The translations under genes and the position numbers were made by a program. A stretch of DNA of 63,041 bases, counting the filler, from Asterionella formosa (taxonomy: Eukaryota): assembly GCA_002256025.1 (NCBI GenBank). It is 20 parts of 20 records of this genome, joined end to end, with 100 filler letters (N's around TTAATTAATTAA, not from the genome) between each part and the next. Parts side by side here need not be neighbours in the genome. Positions count along the whole stretch, not along the records: positions 11,050 to 39,144 come from NKIB01001308.1; 19 more parts are not named here. One strand, 5' to 3'. This document shows, one piece after another, positions 12,259 to 24,742 of this stretch. The stretch's first letter is position 1, and each line of letters starts with the position of its first letter. The notes under the pieces are model-generated. The model saw only the letters and a list, made by a program, of their open reading frames with translations. It had not been told where the DNA came from and made no database searches.

Positions 12259-13251
12259 GACTATGCACGAGCTGACTCCTTGCTGCTCTGTTTATATTCT
12301 AGACTAGCTATAGACATGTTTTTCGAAAAAATTCTTATCAAAATTATATGTATATATATGTTTACATCATGTATAGATTTCTTGTTCAACAGATTCATAT
12401 TGTTCAATCATGTTTCCAGGCAACAATAAGAGATGATAAATCTATTTTCAAGAAATTCTATTAGCTTGAAATAGACATACTTATTGATTTGCGAGATCTT
12501 GAGTTTAAAAAATAAATCCCAAATTCCCCTAACTCACCTATTGTGAGAACATGACACTTTTGTGCAAAAATTGTAAGGGAGCGACCCTCCTGACCAGCTT
12601 CCCTCTCACCAATGCAGGCCCCTTCCTTCACCACCCCAGTATGCTCCCACACCTCTCCAGATCTTAATGGTACAACATCCACCAGACATTGCTTGTTGTA
12701 ACAGACACAACCAGCAACCTCCTAATTGTCTTTTGTTCAAACTCATCTTGCGTTCAATTACTCAACTTGTGGGTCAGCCACAAAGGCACTCATCATCTCT
12801 TCTTTGTGACCATCACTGCTGTGATGCTGACAATGTCAGAGGAGTTACTGACAAATTACCATCCAAGTACATGAAACGACATTAGATCCACAAACATGAT
12901 AACAAATCTCTCTCTGGGACTTTGTAACATCAATACATTTCAGTCTTGCACTCCAATACCATGATGGGTTCTTCTGTTTGAAAGAGTCAACAATTGTAGC
13001 CTTGTTATGGATCTTGCAGCCTCCCTTGTTGAATACACCTCTACTACTATGTGTATTATATAAACTATAATAAATTCAGAGATATTCCATCATACATCAA
13101 ATTGATCCCAACAAAGACGGCCTCTGAATGTGCCTTGGTTTGTTGTGGAGGATCAATCAAGTGATGAGCTTCATCACTTTCCTATACAATAGTTCTGTAT
13201 TGTAACAGCTTCGTACATTAAAAGGATAATTAGTTTTAGCTGACATTGTTG

Positions 13252-14199
13252 TCAATTTGTCATCATGAAAGTCTTGGAATGACGAAGGATCGCTCCACCA
13301 GAGTTATCTTCTTCATCCTCATACAAAGCACCAGCAACACAGCAACATGACTCAACAATACAAGCATAAAAACTATATTGGTGGTTGCCATCAGGACGAC
13401 ATGCAGAATTGGTGTAGTACAATATACAAAAGATGCAAATAACAAAAGGAAACAAGATGACAATGATCCCCAGATGTTTGTAGGTGAAGGAATCTTTCTG
13501 TTTGTCAGATAATAATAAGATACAAAATACCATGAGAGCATTCAATGCAAGCTGACTTGCTATTAATATCAAAAGGAGGCCAAAGAAAGAATTTGGATTT
13601 GTCCAGAAGTTCGCCATCATGCCTCGTATAGCAGAAGGATGTAGATCATACACAGGAGATATGTAACCATGAGGTGTGGGGCTAACAAGTATGATCAGTT
13701 GTCCACTCTCAGTAGCCTTATCATACACTTGTTGAGGAACACAAAACTGGTGTCCTAGTACCAGATCAGAACCAGAAGTTTCATCATATGTTGGACCAGG
13801 AGTGTGAACATCAATGGTGCCAATTCGTTGACGGAGGGTGTCAGCGGTCAATTCCAGATAATAAAACGTCCAAGAATAGAGTCCAAAACAGATGGGCTCG
13901 ACTTGAACTCGTGATGATTGGACTACTCCTACGAACTCTACTCCATGAAGCTCCACACGAATCAAATCGTGATACTTCCGCATGAACCAGATTCCAAGGT
14001 AGATAGTGGAACACCACAACCCCAAAAACGAAACAGAAACCCAAATGATCTCCAATAGATTTGGTGAATCATCACTGAACCATCCCCAAGAAATAAAACT
14101 TGCAGATGATGGCACGAAGAGGAACCAGCCCCGCCAAAGCTTCCCATTGAAATAGGAATTCATGCTTGTTGATATGATCGAGCCATGCTGGGAGAGCAT
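13252..14199 (-). CDS. Hypothetical multi-pass membrane protein
   Basis: 315-aa ORF with several hydrophobic segments separated by a soluble loop. Confidence 0.6.
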   Translation of the reverse strand: MLSQHGSIISTSMNSYFNGKLWRGWFLFVPSSASFISWGWFSDDSPNLLEIIWVSVSFLGLWCSTIYLGIWFMRKYHDLIRVELHGVEFVGVVQSSRVQVEPICFGLYSWTFYYLELTADTLRQRIGTIDVHTPGPTYDETSGSDLVLGHQFCVPQQVYDKATESGQLIILVSPTPHGYISPVYDLHPSAIRGMMANFWTNPNSFFGLLLILIASQLALNALMVFCILLLSDKQKDSFTYKHLGIIVILFPFVICIFCILYYTNSACRPDGNHQYSFYACIVESCCCVAGALYEDEEDNSGGAILRHSKTFMMTN

Positions 14200-15193
14200 G
14201 GAACTGCTTCGCTCCCTGCTACTATAGTAGGCTGTCCCAATAGTGGGGTTTATCTATTGCGTCGAAAGGTTTGGTATTAAGAAGCTCAGCATCATCATTG
14301 CATGTTTCTATCCTGGATGGAAGGCAATTTTCTTTTACCGGTACATTCCTGGTACAAGTAGCTACTGAACAAACAGCCGAGATGGAGGGAAATTTGAGAA
14401 CGGTGCGTTCTTGTTCAACGGAGTATGATCCGGGAAACCACGGTGGTTGGTTTTGACACCTGCCTCGCTTTCAAGTAATATTCTATATTCATAGCTGAAT
14501 ATATAAATGAAACAGGAAACGACTGGTCAATTTTGTTTTGCCGGCATAACGTACATTAAAATGATACTGACAAACCTGTAACAGACGAATGATATATACT
14601 TACTGTACAGCCATTTACGATGCCAGGTACGACACGTGGAAACAGGTACGATGGTACCCCTCCCATAGCGCTACTTAAAACATCATTTTTTGCCCCATTT
14701 GCCGCCTTCATAGAAATTATATTTAGCCTGTCTTCATAAAAATATAATGTCATCACATTTCTTCCCCGGATTGTTTTGGCATACATCACTATCATACATC
14801 AGTTGCATTAAAAATAGGGTTTAATTAATGCAACCCTTCAAGGAAGGATTTTGACAAACATGAATTGCTACATCTCATATCGAAATTCTCAGAAGAAGGG
14901 ATGATCATGATCGCAAACGAACCACTTGTCTGAGCATCTCCAGATCCAATGAATGTTAGCAGGCAAGCAAGCCCCAAGTCATTCAGTTGGCAACGGCTCG
15001 TCGATTTATTTTCAACAGGTCCATCACCAACATTAATTAATTAACTAGTGGTAGACAAGCGGTACTTGCTGCGATGTTTTTCAGAAACCAATCAAGTCTA
15101 GTGGAGCCCAAGTCAATGAATGACATCCACAAATATTTTCGTGTTAGACATTCTTGGGGGAATCATTCTGATCGTACTCAGTTTCATGACAGA

Positions 15194-18145
15194 CTATCTC
15201 TTCGGTTTTTCTGGATTCTTGGTCACCACAAGATCATCAAATTCATCACGGAATGACGGTGTCGATATCTCAGATGCGAATCTCTCGAGCAATAGATCTG
15301 GTGAATCAAGAAAAGAAGGGTCCGCTACATCCATCCTCGTTGTTGCTATCCCTGACTTTGGAATTAGTGAGGGTTCGGCTGTATTTGCGGATTTGCGAAC
15401 CTTTGCGCTTCTCGGGCGCGATGAAATTGATGATTTTTCAGCCATGGTGCTTTCTTGAAAAGGTGGTGGTGGCATGTTGCTAAACTCCAGTTCCCTCTTT
15501 CTCGCTCGAGCCTTCTTTGACTTTTGGTGTTTCAGCCCCTTTTCTGACTCATGCAATAAAATTGACGATTCCTCGAGGATGGGTTCCAGAAATGGCGAAA
15601 GTGGAGCAATGATAGAATTCAATTCTGTTTCGCTCTCGCGAGCCTTCGTGGATCTGGGCGGCTTCGAAGTTTGGCCCTCCACACTTGATGATTTCGTTGA
15701 GATGGAGTAATCCAACAATGGTGGTGGTGAAGAAATTCTAGAATCCAGTTCTCTCTTCTTCTTTCGTGACTTCGCTGCCTTAGCTGTTTTAGGCGGCTTT
15801 GTTGTCTCTTGTAATGAAGTTGACGATTTCTCGGCGATTGACTGTTTGACAAATAGAGACGCCGGGATTTTCTCAGGGATAGATTCTCGGGATGAAGGTG
15901 GTGAGGCAATACTAGAATTCAATTCCATCTTGCTCTCGCGTACCTTTGTGGATCTAGGAGGCTTCGATGTTTGGCCCTCTAAACTTGATGATTTCCTTGA
16001 GATGGAATAATCCAACAACGGTGGTGGTGAAGAAATTCTAGAATCCAACTCTCTCGTCTTCTTTCGTAACTTCTCTGACTTTGCTGTTTTAGGTGGCTTT
16101 GTTGTCTCTTGTAATGAAGTTGACGATTTCTCAGCGATAGAATGTTCGACGAATGGAGGTGCTGGAGCTATGCTACTATCCATCGTGCTGTCTCGTGCCT
16201 CCTTCTTGACCTTTTGTTTTTTTGTCGTTTTAGCTGGTGACTCGCGCAAGGGTTTGAATGGTTCCTCAGTTGTGTTGGGATTCTCAAGCAATGGATTTGG
16301 TGGGGAAAAAGGAATGAAATCCACTTCGTTCTTCTTCTTTCGTGCCTTTGTTGACTTGGCGGTTTTAGAAGTCTTCGTTTGAGCCTCGCGCGAGGGTATA
16401 AGCGAGTCATTAGCGGATTTAGAATCTTCAAAAATCAATGGATTTGGCGGAGGAAACGAGCCATCCCCTTCCTTCTCACCCTTTGGTGCCTTCTCGGACT
16501 GGGTGGCTTTGGCAAGTCTTCTTTGCTGGTAAATCAAAAGAGATGAACTCTGGAGAACAGAATTTTCTAGGAAGGCAAAAGGAGGTAGTGAACCAAGGAT
16601 AGCATATAATTCCCTTTGACTCCCTTCTACCTTTTCAAATTTAGCGGTTTCGGGTGTCTTTTTCGCCTGCTGCAAAGAATTTTTCTTTGATTTCTGTAGG
16701 ATAGGGTTTTCCATCTGGGAAGGTGATGAAGCAGTGACAGAATCCCATTCCGGTTTTCTTTCTGGTACTTTCTCTGGGTTTTCTGCTTCGGACGGCCTTG
16801 TGATTTGGCGTGATGATTTCTCGCGTATGTAAGGAGCAACACCAGAATCCCAGTCGTTCTTCATACTATCTCCCACTTTTCGGAGTCTCTTTTTCTTTTT
16901 TGTCTGGTGCAAGGGAGTAAATAATTTCTCAATGAGAAACATTTCAAAGAATGTACTCAGTTGATGATCAGAACTAGCATCAACTTCCTCCTTGCTTGTC
17001 CCTGCAAACGTTGAGTTTGAGGGTTTAGGAGTCTTGCCTGTCCCAAAGGATGATTTCTTTTTTAATACAGACGGTGGAAGAAGGCTTAAACCCACTTCCT
17101 CCTTGCTTTTTTGAGTCATCTTTGCATTGGGAACTTGGGTTGACTTTTGGGACTTTGGAGATTTCTCTTTGATGAGTTTGGTTGACTCAGCGAGCTTACC
17201 ACTAGAAGTAGGAAGCAACATCTTCGATGATTTGCGTCGTTTCTTCAGGGAATCCCTGTCATCCCTGTATTCTTTCAAATTCTTCTCGTTTATCGTTGAC
17301 TGACTCACCACCATCATTTCTGCAGGAGCCAATGTCGAACGTCCCTTCAGAAATATGTTATTCTCTGCCAGCTTCGTCGATGACGACCGTTTCCTCTGCT
17401 TCTTATGTGCCTTACCTGATACGCCCTTGGAGGTGATCCCTACGGCTTTCTTCCTCTTGATTTTCTTCTTGCCTTTCTTCGCAATAGCAAAAACGTCCAG
17501 CGACGATTTCGGTGTTGGTGTGTCAAAGCCAAATAGGGAAATCGGTGAATCGATTTCGATAGAAATTGTTTCGTCCAAGTTGAACAACACCGGCGTCATT
17601 GGGCGATTTGACGATATTGAACTAACATGTTTCGCATACTCATTAATCGAGGAAGAAGTATCTGTATCAGTAACGGATGACGAAGCATCCGTAAAAGAGG
17701 CCGTACGTGACTGGCGTCGATCGGGGAGAGGAGTTGACAAAGCCGATGAGTTTACAGCATTGTCCTCCGTTAGTATTTCTGAGCGCCCATCAGCAGAATT
17801 GCGTTGTTGCAGTTGCTTTCTTCTGTATTCTTCCACATCCGAACTGGCGAACGTAGACTTCGACTTATCCAAACCATCGGCATCTATTATCGGCCCCCGG
17901 GGATCAGATATACTTTTCGATTTCCGTGGGTCCCCAATCCTACTGCGACCCGTCTCTTCGTCCTCGACAAGAAGCAAGAAGGATCGCCTCCTTCCCCGCT
18001 GCGTTTTGCGAGCAGCATTTTTCTGGCTAATTAAACAACGGAATCCACAACCGAATCCACAACCCGACCGGACAAACCTTTGGAGCGAACCGCAAAATGT
18101 GTTCCCACAACATGATGAACGGTTCCCTGTCATCCGATGGTTCAT
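15194..18145 (-). CDS. Large low-complexity S/K/P/E-rich, probably disordered protein
   Basis: 983-aa open frame, basic clusters, internal peptide repeats (SIAEKSSTSLQETTKPPKTAK; RELDSRISSPPPLLDYSIS, each twice). Confidence 0.8.
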   Translation of the reverse strand: MNHRMTGNRSSCCGNTFCGSLQRFVRSGCGFGCGFRCLISQKNAARKTQRGRRRSFLLLVEDEETGRSRIGDPRKSKSISDPRGPIIDADGLDKSKSTFASSDVEEYRRKQLQQRNSADGRSEILTEDNAVNSSALSTPLPDRRQSRTASFTDASSSVTDTDTSSSINEYAKHVSSISSNRPMTPVLFNLDETISIEIDSPISLFGFDTPTPKSSLDVFAIAKKGKKKIKRKKAVGITSKGVSGKAHKKQRKRSSSTKLAENNIFLKGRSTLAPAEMMVVSQSTINEKNLKEYRDDRDSLKKRRKSSKMLLPTSSGKLAESTKLIKEKSPKSQKSTQVPNAKMTQKSKEEVGLSLLPPSVLKKKSSFGTGKTPKPSNSTFAGTSKEEVDASSDHQLSTFFEMFLIEKLFTPLHQTKKKKRLRKVGDSMKNDWDSGVAPYIREKSSRQITRPSEAENPEKVPERKPEWDSVTASSPSQMENPILQKSKKNSLQQAKKTPETAKFEKVEGSQRELYAILGSLPPFAFLENSVLQSSSLLIYQQRRLAKATQSEKAPKGEKEGDGSFPPPNPLIFEDSKSANDSLIPSREAQTKTSKTAKSTKARKKKNEVDFIPFSPPNPLLENPNTTEEPFKPLRESPAKTTKKQKVKKEARDSTMDSSIAPAPPFVEHSIAEKSSTSLQETTKPPKTAKSEKLRKKTRELDSRISSPPPLLDYSISRKSSSLEGQTSKPPRSTKVRESKMELNSSIASPPSSRESIPEKIPASLFVKQSIAEKSSTSLQETTKPPKTAKAAKSRKKKRELDSRISSPPPLLDYSISTKSSSVEGQTSKPPRSTKARESETELNSIIAPLSPFLEPILEESSILLHESEKGLKHQKSKKARARKRELEFSNMPPPPFQESTMAEKSSISSRPRSAKVRKSANTAEPSLIPKSGIATTRMDVADPSFLDSPDLLLERFASEISTPSFRDEFDDLVVTKNPEKPKR
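15620..16200 (-). repeat. Intragenic ~300-bp tandem duplication plus degenerate shorter repeats
   Basis: 15640-15850 matches 15940-16150 at a 300-nt period, preserving frame. Confidence 0.85.
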
Positions 18146-19269
18146 AGCTTAGTGCAATTAAGCAGCCAGCACATAGGACAATCTCATTAAAGTGGAAGTA
18201 TAAATGAAACGATTGGCATGTCGTCAACGACACTGCATGGCAATTTAAGTGATAAAGTGAAACAAAATCGTGCATTACTACTGTATGCCGATCAGAATCC
18301 TTCATAGTAGTTTGTGGCGAGGGCTTATACAAGAACGCTCCTCAACGCAACCCCAACTGTCCCTTCTTGGACCGAGAATTTTCCTCAGAGCCTACCAGGT
18401 AAACCATACCTGCCACGACGGCGATTTTTATCTTCATTTGTAAGGGGTAATATTGTATACCGTCCCTGCTTTCTTGACGTTTTCACGTATGACATATTGC
18501 CCGCCTACCACTGTTCTGTGATGTAATCGGAGTAATAGATACTCATGACAAGGAAGTGCTGAAACCCACTATTGCTTTACCTCAACTGCACATGGCGGAG
18601 CACTTGTCGTTGCGAACAGGATTCGGATGCCAGGGCAATATGATTCTAAATGTATATATTTCTTTCACGGGAAACAAAATACAACAAGCCACTATCATAA
18701 TTAGAATGTGTATAGAATAATTGTCGTTCGGAATACTTCCTACAGTTGTTGCGCCTACATGGACCATGCCACCGGATGTTTAACGGTTACAATCCTCAAA
18801 ACGAGCATACCGTCGTTTTCTTACTTCCTAGTATCATCACCACTTTCGGGGTTGCACATTCCATAATTGAACGCAAGTTGCCGTTGTTCTACTGTTATAT
18901 CGTACTTTGTACGTATATTGAGAATAGACGGTTCGAAGAAAAATGGGTCCTCATGCATCTGCATTTTGCTCGACATGAGCAAAAGTGGAAGTCGAAAAAG
19001 CCGAAAAACGTTTTTTGAAACGTAGTTGCCAAACTAATCTTTCAATTTAATAATATATACCCGGTACATGATTCTGTAGCTTAGAGCAAGCCGCACAATA
19101 GGGCAATTGAGCCGGAGAAAATCGTAGGAGTCAAAATGGCCCGGATAAATTTGAATTATCGATGCAACTGTTACTAACTAGACAAGTACCAGGGAGCCTG
19201 GTACCAGGTAGCTAGATTACCGGCACCAGTACTGCAGTTGGAGTTAGGAAATCAAGTCTTCTTCTCATT

Positions 19270-19318
19270 GAGGCTTTCCGGCGACAAATTGTCAATTTCA
19301 GAAAAATGACCGCAACTT
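19270..19318 (-). repeat. Fragment of repeat family D end
   Basis: Reverse complement AAGTTGCGGTCATTTT...GCCGGAAAGC matches 49673-49720. Confidence 0.6.
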
Positions 19319-20738
19319 AGGGCCCTGGGTACACATGGAGAACTTGTTGTTAAGGATAGGATCCGGATGCCAGGGCAATAGTATCGTAAAAATTGTCGTA
19401 GATAGATATGGCTAAATAAATAGTTTCTCTCCTTCTCCATCATACTAATGGAAAATTACCCCTCCGTATGTAGCCAAACACACAATTTTTACTTCCTCAA
19501 AAATGACATTAACTGGTAACCCTTCCTAGATGTTGTAATTCTTGTGAGTCAGACCTCATATCTAAAGTGGTAGGAGGCTGTACGGTGTATCAATGGAAGC
19601 AAATTTGCCTGCTGTCCCATTAGGTATCCAGCCAGCCATATTCAACAATCTTTATCTTGCAAGGTGAAGAACTTTCTCATTTTTCACTTTATGGAAATAG
19701 TTGTCAAATTAACAATATATCTTAGAAAAATTGCCATCCTGTAGAACTTAAAAAATTTACTCAAGTCTAGTTAGTAAAAGCGAAATCTCACCATATTCCT
19801 GGATCTATTAGTAAAATCAGTCAAATTTAGTCTGAACACTTTTAGTACCGGTATACTCTATCTATTGTCTACAAGGAGTTCCTTGGTCATGTCAAACATT
19901 CATATATGCATATATATATTGTCATGATTCTTCTGTTTGCTTTGTTGGTATACCGGTAGTACAACACCAGCTACCTGGTACCTGGTCCAGTACCAGGTGC
20001 ATGGATATGGTACCTGGTACGGGTACCTGGTTACCAGGGTAGGTACCTGGTACCGGGCACACCAGGATCACACTGATGTACCCTGATGCTGTGTTGAAAT
20101 ATATCGCGCCTACTGGTACTCTGGCGCGCTCCAATACTGCCCTGGAATGACCGGTCAAGATCTGTCTCGCGCCGCTCGTTTGCGTAGTATTATTTTGTTA
20201 TATAAATCCTGTCTATTTCCGTTTAGACATTCCTCAGACTAACTATGTAGCCTTCGGATACCTGTCGACATCAACAGCCTAACAGACACACGATGACAGT
20301 GCTGGTACCATCCTTTGGTTACCGATACTGTAGCCATTGTTGTCAATAATAACCAGCAGCCATACGACAGGTATCATTTACTCAATGGATGGTGACACTT
20401 GGAGGCTCAATCCATCCCAATCCGAATGCAATAACGGTATTCTAATGTGAATGCAGGTAACGGGGGTATATCATAAAATGTGCCTTTCATATCACACCTA
20501 TTGCCGGTATTCTGCACGAGTATAATTGGTTATGTACAATACAGTGGCACAGTAATATCATTCTACCGGTACCTGGTACCTACCGGTAGGCTAGTCTAGT
20601 CCATTTTTTTCGATGGATCTGGGTTCATCGACATTATTGCAAAGGGAAAAAAACTTAATAGCAACTCTCGCCATCATTCATCCTCCTTCCTGCTTCGCAA
20701 TCATCATCCATTACCAAAATATATTGATCAAGCTCATC

Positions 20739-21095
20739 ATGACGGCACAACAACTGCGCTTCTTGCTGGTTCTATGCGTCACCATTTTCATGTTGAACGA
20801 ACATGTTGTTGTTGTTTCTGCGTTTAGCATTCCAGTGGCAACTGCAACTTCCGCAGTTTGTACTTCAAGCATTTGTCCCACACATGTCATGACGATGACT
20901 CCAATGACAACAACGATGATGATGGCGGCGGCAGGTACCATCGATCCAACCGCATTTCTTTCCAATATCTTTTCTGCCATGATTCAATCGGATATTATAT
21001 TGGCTGTCCCGATTGTCGTTGCCTTGGCATGTGCCTTTCTTATTGCCTATGGGATTGTTGCTTATGCAAATCCACAAGTGGAAGACGATGAATGA
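20739..21095 (+). CDS. Small plastid-targeted membrane protein
   Basis: Signal peptide ending VSA-F, Thr/Met-rich transit peptide, C-terminal TM helix (LAVPIVVALACAFLIAYGIVAY) and acidic tail; ATG at 20739 preferred over 20613. Confidence 0.75.
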   Translation: MTAQQLRFLLVLCVTIFMLNEHVVVVSAFSIPVATATSAVCTSSICPTHVMTMTPMTTTMMMAAAGTIDPTAFLSNIFSAMIQSDIILAVPIVVALACAFLIAYGIVAYANPQVEDDE

Positions 21096-22369
21096 ATGAA
21101 TCACTCTCAAGTCGCTATTATATGTAGTTTTATAATATAATGGATTGATATGATGATTTATTTTTGGTAACTTGATTGTTCATGAATGATTTGAGAGCCA
21201 AATGCTATATACAACCAGTGTTATCTTTGAACAATATAAACTGGTAAGATCGTCGTTATTTATTATTCCATCACTACTACTATTATAACTTCATTATATA
21301 TCCACTCCTTTGTCAGTGTACCATAGGTTTAGTATAAATCTAGGTTTAAACAGTATCATACTACCATGTTTGGACCCCTCACAAATGCAGTATCAGTGCT
21401 AGCAGGGTACAGCCAAGTATCACATGATGGCATCACATCCATTGTCACTTGTAAAATAACTGTATGCAAGATGACAGCATCACACTAATATTGCACCAAC
21501 TATAATTCATTTTGTTTGTGGTTGAAATAAACATCAGCCCCTTGCTGATCAAAAATGGATCAGATCTAGTTTGCTTCCTGACTGATCCTTGATTTCTTGG
21601 TGGACATATCTGCATTTGACCAGTCAATGGTTTATCGATGTCTTGGCCTTTAGGTGAAATTGCTGCCTTAGAGTTCATTTATAGGTTTGAGAGACCATGT
21701 CCTGAAAGTTTCTCTCTTGACCATGACATTTAATACATGATCATCAACCATTCAATTAATCATGTCATATTCTGTGGTAAATGATTCTAATCAGGTTAAT
21801 ACTAGTGAAGGAAATGATTGAGATGCTCATACCCTGATTCATCCAAACAAAACGAGTTACATGATGTAAATGATATCCTCTGGATAACAAGCAAGGAAAG
21901 GACAATTGCTCAATGTGATGTTGTACCAACAAAGAATAGAAAGTACTGGTAGGTACATACGCACTACAATCATCATACATACGGTATTTCATTTGCCTAT
22001 CCTGCACCATGTAGGTGTATCAAATGCGCATACAAATATATTGAGAAATGCAGGCGAGTACCTGGTACCTGGTACCTGTCACCGGTACACGACATCGTCT
22101 ACCGGTACTGGTACATTTATTAGCAGTCATCATGATATGATAGTATATAGTCTCCATTGATGCGAATGTATAAATAAATATATTCAAGTCTGAAATGTCC
22201 TTATGATTATGGTCATAATTCAACATTTTCTACGATTTGGCTTCTCTTACATATATATGTATATGTATGTATGTAATACAAATTCAGCTCAATGTCGTTA
22301 CTATCAATTCATATATTTGATTACGAAGCTAGATAGATTACTCTTGAACTTCCCTTTTTCCATTTTCAC

Positions 22370-24184
22370 ATGTGGATATCTCGACTATCTGCTTCTCTTC
22401 AAAAACTTGGGCATGATGTTACAAGTGATTTGGCATCCGAAGAGGCAGAATCAGTATCAGGATCCATCACGGCACATTCGGTTCTATCTCGGTCGTCCTT
22501 TTTGGAACGAACCAGACTCGCACCAGTACGTGAGAGAGGAACTTCTCATCAGTCTGATGAAATTTCCGTCATTTCCAGTTACTCCATACCGGAAGAAGAT
22601 CCACGAAGTATGGTGATTGCCTATGAACGAAAAACGTCAGCGTCTCAGCTAGCAGCAACAATAACAACAACAACAACAACATCGTCATTATTGTGGCAAA
22701 GGGGAGCGCCACAAAATATAAAAGACCAATTGGAAGAAAAGGACACGCGAGTGAAGGAATTGGAACATTTGCAAAAGCTAGATCGGGAGGAATTGAAAAA
22801 AGTACGAAAAGAATTGAGCGATTTGAAATTAAAGTACCAGAAGGAATCCAAGGAATGGAAATTACGACATGAAGATTATTTGACGCAAACGCATCGACTC
22901 AATGAACGAATTGAAGCATACGATCGAGATTTGAACGATGATGAAATGATGCATCAATTCGAAAGCGACATTATCAATGGAGCCTACGATAGTGATGGTG
23001 AAGGGAATGATTTGCCTCCGGCTCCCAATGTCTATCACATGGACGAGGACAATCAGACGGTTGGTACCACCAAAAGCAATAAAATTACCTTCAGTTTGCC
23101 AAGTTGGGGGACTATAGGAGGTCCCAAGCGACGGAAAGAACGTGATGAAGGGCAACAACAAGCTGAACAAGAATATATGGAAATGCTTCAAACCAAATTA
23201 CTAAAATCAAAAAAAAAGATGCAAGTCTTAGTGAATCAATGCGAATTGTTGGACGAAACCCTAGAAGAAGAAACAAAGATAATGCGAAGTAAACTCAAGT
23301 TACAAGAGGAAGATAAATGCGATCTTGAAAATGAGTGGAGCGAAAAAAATTATCAAGCAGAATATCAATTCAAACAGAAAGAACAACAATTGTTGGCGAA
23401 AGTGATATCCAAGCAAGAGCAAATTACACGACTCGAAGACTTGGTGGACGAACTTCGAGACGCAGCTGATATGAAATCCCGTGGGGCGCTAGATATTGAC
23501 GAATTTGCTTCTATTGTCGCCTTGAACAGCATGAAGGAATCCTTTGACGTGCTGTCCAAAAAGAAGGATGCGATGGAGGCAGATTTGGGTCGACAAATTC
23601 TGTTATTAAAGGGAGAGTTAAAGCGTCTTCAAAACGACAACGAAAAGCAAGAAAAACTAATTGACAGGTTGGAATTTGGAGATTTATTAACAGCACTCGA
23701 ACTTGACACAACAATCGCCCCTGCTCAAAGTGATAATGAGGAAGGTGTGACAAAAACAGGGGCGAACAAGGACTCTAAAAGGAATATTCGCGGAGAAGAA
23801 TGCAGACGGAATCTACAACTAACGGCGTCGACAAAATCGTTGGAATCGAATCGATCAGGTGAACTACACCCTCGCACCATTTCTGAATCCAAGTCTCTTG
23901 ATCCCTCGATTGATGGTGCATCGATACCTTCGGATATCAAGGAAGATATAAATGATTTGATAGATTCGATTAGTTTGTTTGCCGATGTTAATGATCTCGT
24001 TGGTCTATCAGACTGTCCCGCTTCAGCAGACCGACGTCGAAGTTTAATGCTCCGCCGGCCAGAACATCCAGTAGATTCAACTTCATTTCGTAGAGAGAGC
24101 ATGCAAGTACAAGAGAACAAGTGGTCAATGATGGATGATGACATAAGAAAGAAGCAACAGAGAAGGCTTAGTCGCTTTTTATAG
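22370..24184 (+). CDS. Long coiled-coil protein, function unknown
   Basis: 604-aa ORF with extended E/K/L/Q heptad regions. Confidence 0.8.
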   Translation: MWISRLSASLQKLGHDVTSDLASEEAESVSGSITAHSVLSRSSFLERTRLAPVRERGTSHQSDEISVISSYSIPEEDPRSMVIAYERKTSASQLAATITTTTTTSSLLWQRGAPQNIKDQLEEKDTRVKELEHLQKLDREELKKVRKELSDLKLKYQKESKEWKLRHEDYLTQTHRLNERIEAYDRDLNDDEMMHQFESDIINGAYDSDGEGNDLPPAPNVYHMDEDNQTVGTTKSNKITFSLPSWGTIGGPKRRKERDEGQQQAEQEYMEMLQTKLLKSKKKMQVLVNQCELLDETLEEETKIMRSKLKLQEEDKCDLENEWSEKNYQAEYQFKQKEQQLLAKVISKQEQITRLEDLVDELRDAADMKSRGALDIDEFASIVALNSMKESFDVLSKKKDAMEADLGRQILLLKGELKRLQNDNEKQEKLIDRLEFGDLLTALELDTTIAPAQSDNEEGVTKTGANKDSKRNIRGEECRRNLQLTASTKSLESNRSGELHPRTISESKSLDPSIDGASIPSDIKEDINDLIDSISLFADVNDLVGLSDCPASADRRRSLMLRRPEHPVDSTSFRRESMQVQENKWSMMDDDIRKKQQRRLSRFL

Positions 24185-24742
24185 TTACTTGACAGGCGAA
24201 TTAAAATGAGGGGATTGACGGTTGATGTATTACTGTAGTATCTATACATGTACAATAGAATCCCAAAAAATTAAAGTGTGCTTGATTCACATATACCAGA
24301 TAATATTCCTTCCTACTAGCCAATTTCTATATAATGTTAGTATTTCCACTTCGACTGCTCTAGAACACCAGGAATATATCTCGGCAATGGAGTCTTGGTG
24401 TATTTGGGTGATTTGGAACCGGCAATGCATACATGGACCAGGACAATTTGGGAATGCTCTACATTTGGAAGATATTGAGTTGGTCCCATGAGGTATAAAT
24501 ATCCAACCAAGTTCTACAATCAATTTTTTTTTGAGGTGGGACTCTCCAGAATAAATATTTGAAAAATATTGATTGATTAACTATCAACTGCTCCATGTGT
24601 ATGCATTTAATGCTCTGACCTACATTCCAGCCCAGTAGCCTAGCATGTTTTACATGATCACAGCCATGCAAATGTTCCTTAAACAACAATAAACTTCACA
24701 GATATGAATATTACCCATAAGAATGACCAAGACAGATTTTCC

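Noticed and set aside
15033..15044. TTAATTAATTAA inside the long contig as a hidden join
   Set aside because: No flanking Ns; compatible with a natural AT-rich run
17355..18152. 265-aa plus-strand ORF and similar antisense ORFs (24768-25436, 23725-24255, 42877-43368)
   Set aside because: Shadows of longer, better-supported opposite-strand genes
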